Assembly (NCBI GenBank): GCA_013265495.1
Contig: MU058636.1
Location: 5,553,741 to 5,617,740, forward strand
Direction of reading: 5' to 3'
Origin: Vicugna vicugna
Taxonomy: Eukaryota
Length of the DNA: 64,000 nucleotides
Each line of letters begins with the position of its first letter. The stretch's first letter is position 1. A program made the translations under genes and the position numbers. Positions 61,681 through 64,000 of the stretch are shown piece by piece. Under the pieces are notes generated by a model. The model did no database searches and had not been told where the DNA came from. It saw nothing but the letters and a program-made list of their open reading frames with translations.

Positions 61681-61930
61681 CAGAATTTCTTAACCTTGAC
61701 ACTGTCGACATTTGGGGCTGGAAGATTCTTTGACACAGTGGTGTTGGAGGGGTGCAGAGCTGTCCTGTGATTGCAGGTGTTTAGCGGCATCCTTGGTCTC
61801 TACCAACTAGATGCCAGCAGTACTCTCCCCCAGGTTGTGACTTGCACAACCCAAAATGTCCCCAGACATTGTCAACTGTCCTCTAGTGAGGGTGGAAGGT
61901 GGGGATCAAAATCGCCTAGTTGAGAACCTC
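61681..61930 (+). mobile_element. MER20 (hAT-Charlie)
   Basis: tttcttaaccttgacactgtcgacatttggggctgga...tttagcggcatccttggtctctaccaactagatgccag...gttgagaacc. Confidence 0.88.
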
Positions 61931-62469
61931 AGACACATACTGATGCTGCTATATATTTCAACAGAGCTTTATTGTTTAATACTGAAAGCTAAGACATGCA
62001 ACAATCCATCACACAGCAAAAATGCATCCAGGAAATGCCCTCAGTTATTCAACTTTCTAATCCATTTAGGATGGTGTAGAGTCATGTGTATGTAAAGATG
62101 GGACCTGGAGCTCTATAAGTGAGAAGCTGGTCTAACAAACATTGAAGAGAATATGTGTAGACAAACTATTTCCCCTGTGGCTTATCCACAGTCTTGCAGT
62201 CCAGTTTAGTCCTGGCCAAGTCCAAGAGGGATGTGAAACTGTCTCAACATCTTTGACTCCATCCTGGTTCAAAGGTATTTGTAGAGACCAGTCTATCCAA
62301 AACTCAGGCAACTCAGAACTCAGGAATTCCCTCAAAGGGTCTGATGCAGCCTTGGGGACTTTGCCCCTGGGCAATTTCTCTATAAACATATATAGAAATG
62401 AAACTATAAGTTTAGGGAAAAGTTAGGCCTAAAATACTTAAGATTCAGAGGTATCCTTGGACTCGCTGG

Positions 62470-62960
62470 TTGGCTTGTTGATTGATCATTTATCCAGGTG
62501 TGCCATGTTCCAGGCACAGTGCTAGACAAGGGGATACAATAATGAGTCAGATACCATCCTACCTCATGGGAATGGGGCTGGTGTCTGGAATGGAAGGAGC
62601 ACTACCATTATTAAGGGCCTACAGTGGAGGCCCATGTAATACAAAGTCCCAGATTAGGTAGTATCATAGATACTTTATAAACAAGGAACTAACCCTCAGA
62701 GCTGCTAATTTGCTCAATGTTGTAGAACTAATAAGTGTCAGAGCTCATATCAGAAGCCATAATTGTCTGACTCTGAAATACATATTTTTAGACATAGTCA
62801 TAAGCTGTAATTACAATAGAATGTGCTAAGTACACTGATGAAAACATGTGTAAGGTTCAGCAATAATATAGATAAGAGGAGGTTAAATCTGCCTTGAAAG
62901 GTAAGAGGTTGCTTCACAGAGGAGTATTTACACCAAATCCTTAATGATAAATAAGAGTTA
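62470..62960 (-). mobile_element. L2 3' fragment interrupted by a MIR fragment (~62620-62790)
   Basis: catgttccaggcacagtgctagacaaggggatacaataatga; actttataaacaaggaactaaccctcagag; gcttcacagaggag. Confidence 0.6.
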
Positions 62961-63057
62961 TTATTTTTTCATTTCTCATTGACTCATTCAAATGGTTAAC
63001 AACCAAAAGATACTGAAAGCCCACAGCAGGCACTGTGTTGAGAGCTATGAGTTTAGG

Positions 63058-63247
63058 CAGTGTTCCTCAAAGTGTGGTCCCTGGACCAGCGGGATCACAT
63101 CACCTGAAACTTGTTTGAAATGGAAATTCTCAGGCCCTACCCCAGGCATACAGAAGCAAAATCTCTGGAGATAGAGCTCAGAAATTTGTATTTTAATAAG
63201 CCCTTCAGGTGATTTAGCAGGTGATGCTAAAAATTGAGAAGCACCAG
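63058..63247 (+). mobile_element. MER5A (hAT-Charlie)
   Basis: cagtgttcctcaaagtgtggtccctggaccagc...aaattctcaggcccta...ttttaataagcccttcaggtgatt. Confidence 0.88.
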
Positions 63248-63311
63248 TTAATTCACTATACAACAGTTTATTACATTAAAGGTAAATAAACTTGAAATTA
63301 GTGGTATAAAG

Positions 63312-63522
63312 CAGAGCTTTCTAACAGGTGTGTCAAGAGTGAGTTACAGGTGTGTCAGGATTTTGATCCTCTCTATTCGTTTGACCATGAGGAGGGTTTG
63401 GGGGTAGCCAATGCCCCAGTTCATTACTTCCTGCCATGAAAAGCCTCATTCATATACTCTCAAATACTGAAAGAATATCTATTTTCCCTAAGAGCCACAG
63501 TGTGAGATGTTTGGGAAACTGC
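63312..63522 (-). mobile_element. hAT-Charlie MITE (MER112-like; family name uncertain)
   Basis: cagagctttctaac...gttacaggtgtgtcaggattttgatcc...tttgggaaactg. Confidence 0.5.
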
Positions 63523-63829
63523 TATAGAAAATAAGTACCATCAAATTGAAAAGAGACAGAAAATGTTTTGGATGGGACAATTGGAGAAGCATTCATTGAA
63601 GAGATAAAATGTGAAGGGCATTAAAATTCTCAGGTTCTCCTCATAGTGACCAACCACATTTTCTCTTCTCTCTTAATTTCACTGCACTTACTTGGGTATA
63701 GATCATGCGTTCAATTAGTGAAAAAAAAAATTAGTCTATCCAGTGCTAAGTAGAAAACATTTTTAGGAATTGGAGAGAATGGACATCAAAAAATCTATTT
63801 CAAATGGATTGCAGACATAAATATGAAAA

Positions 63830-64000
63830 GGAAAATAATATAGATTTTAAAGGAAAATATAGAAGAACATCTCCATGACCTTGAAGAAGTCAAAGCTTTC
63901 TTAAATTAGACATGAAAGAGATTCACCGTAAAAGAAAAAAATTGAGAAATTGGACTATATTAAAATTAAAAACTTCTATTGTTCAAAAGACATTAAGAAT
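63830..64000 (+). mobile_element. LINE-1 ORF2 fragment, truncated by window end
   Basis: gaaaatatagaagaacatctccatgacctt...aattggactatattaaaattaaaaacttct. Confidence 0.8.

Noticed and set aside
1..64000. CRISPR arrays, operons, prokaryotic defence or phage systems, intact retroviral genes
   Set aside because: The sequence is mammalian repeat-rich DNA with no long ORFs, no repeat-spacer arrays and only solo LTRs

Overview
AT-rich mammalian genomic DNA, most likely camelid. The host call rests on two tRNA-Ala-derived Vic-1-type SINEs with target-site duplications (TSDs). Roughly half the window is decayed interspersed repeat: L1 fragments of several ages, L2, MIR, CR1/L3, ERVL/MaLR LTRs, and hAT and Tigger DNA transposons. 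Repeat family names come from my recollection of the consensus sequences, not from a RepeatMasker run, and most repeat boundaries are approximate. I recognise no known protein-coding gene, and there is no rRNA, CRISPR array or prokaryotic system. The best leads are: (1) a cluster of strong minus-strand splice sites at 37.6-41.0 kb defining phase-compatible but stop-riddled exons (spliced lncRNA or decayed unitary pseudogene), one of them hit by a short L1 whose TSD duplicates the acceptor AG; (2) a 186-codon minus-strand orphan ORF with gene-like context (CpG-retaining patch, donor, acceptor, strong Kozak, AATAAA); (3) an exact 121-bp templated local duplication inside an old L1, with an older ~50-bp one beside it; (4) a compact EBF/TEAD/SRF motif cluster. 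All gene-like calls are hypotheses, and chance explanations remain possible.
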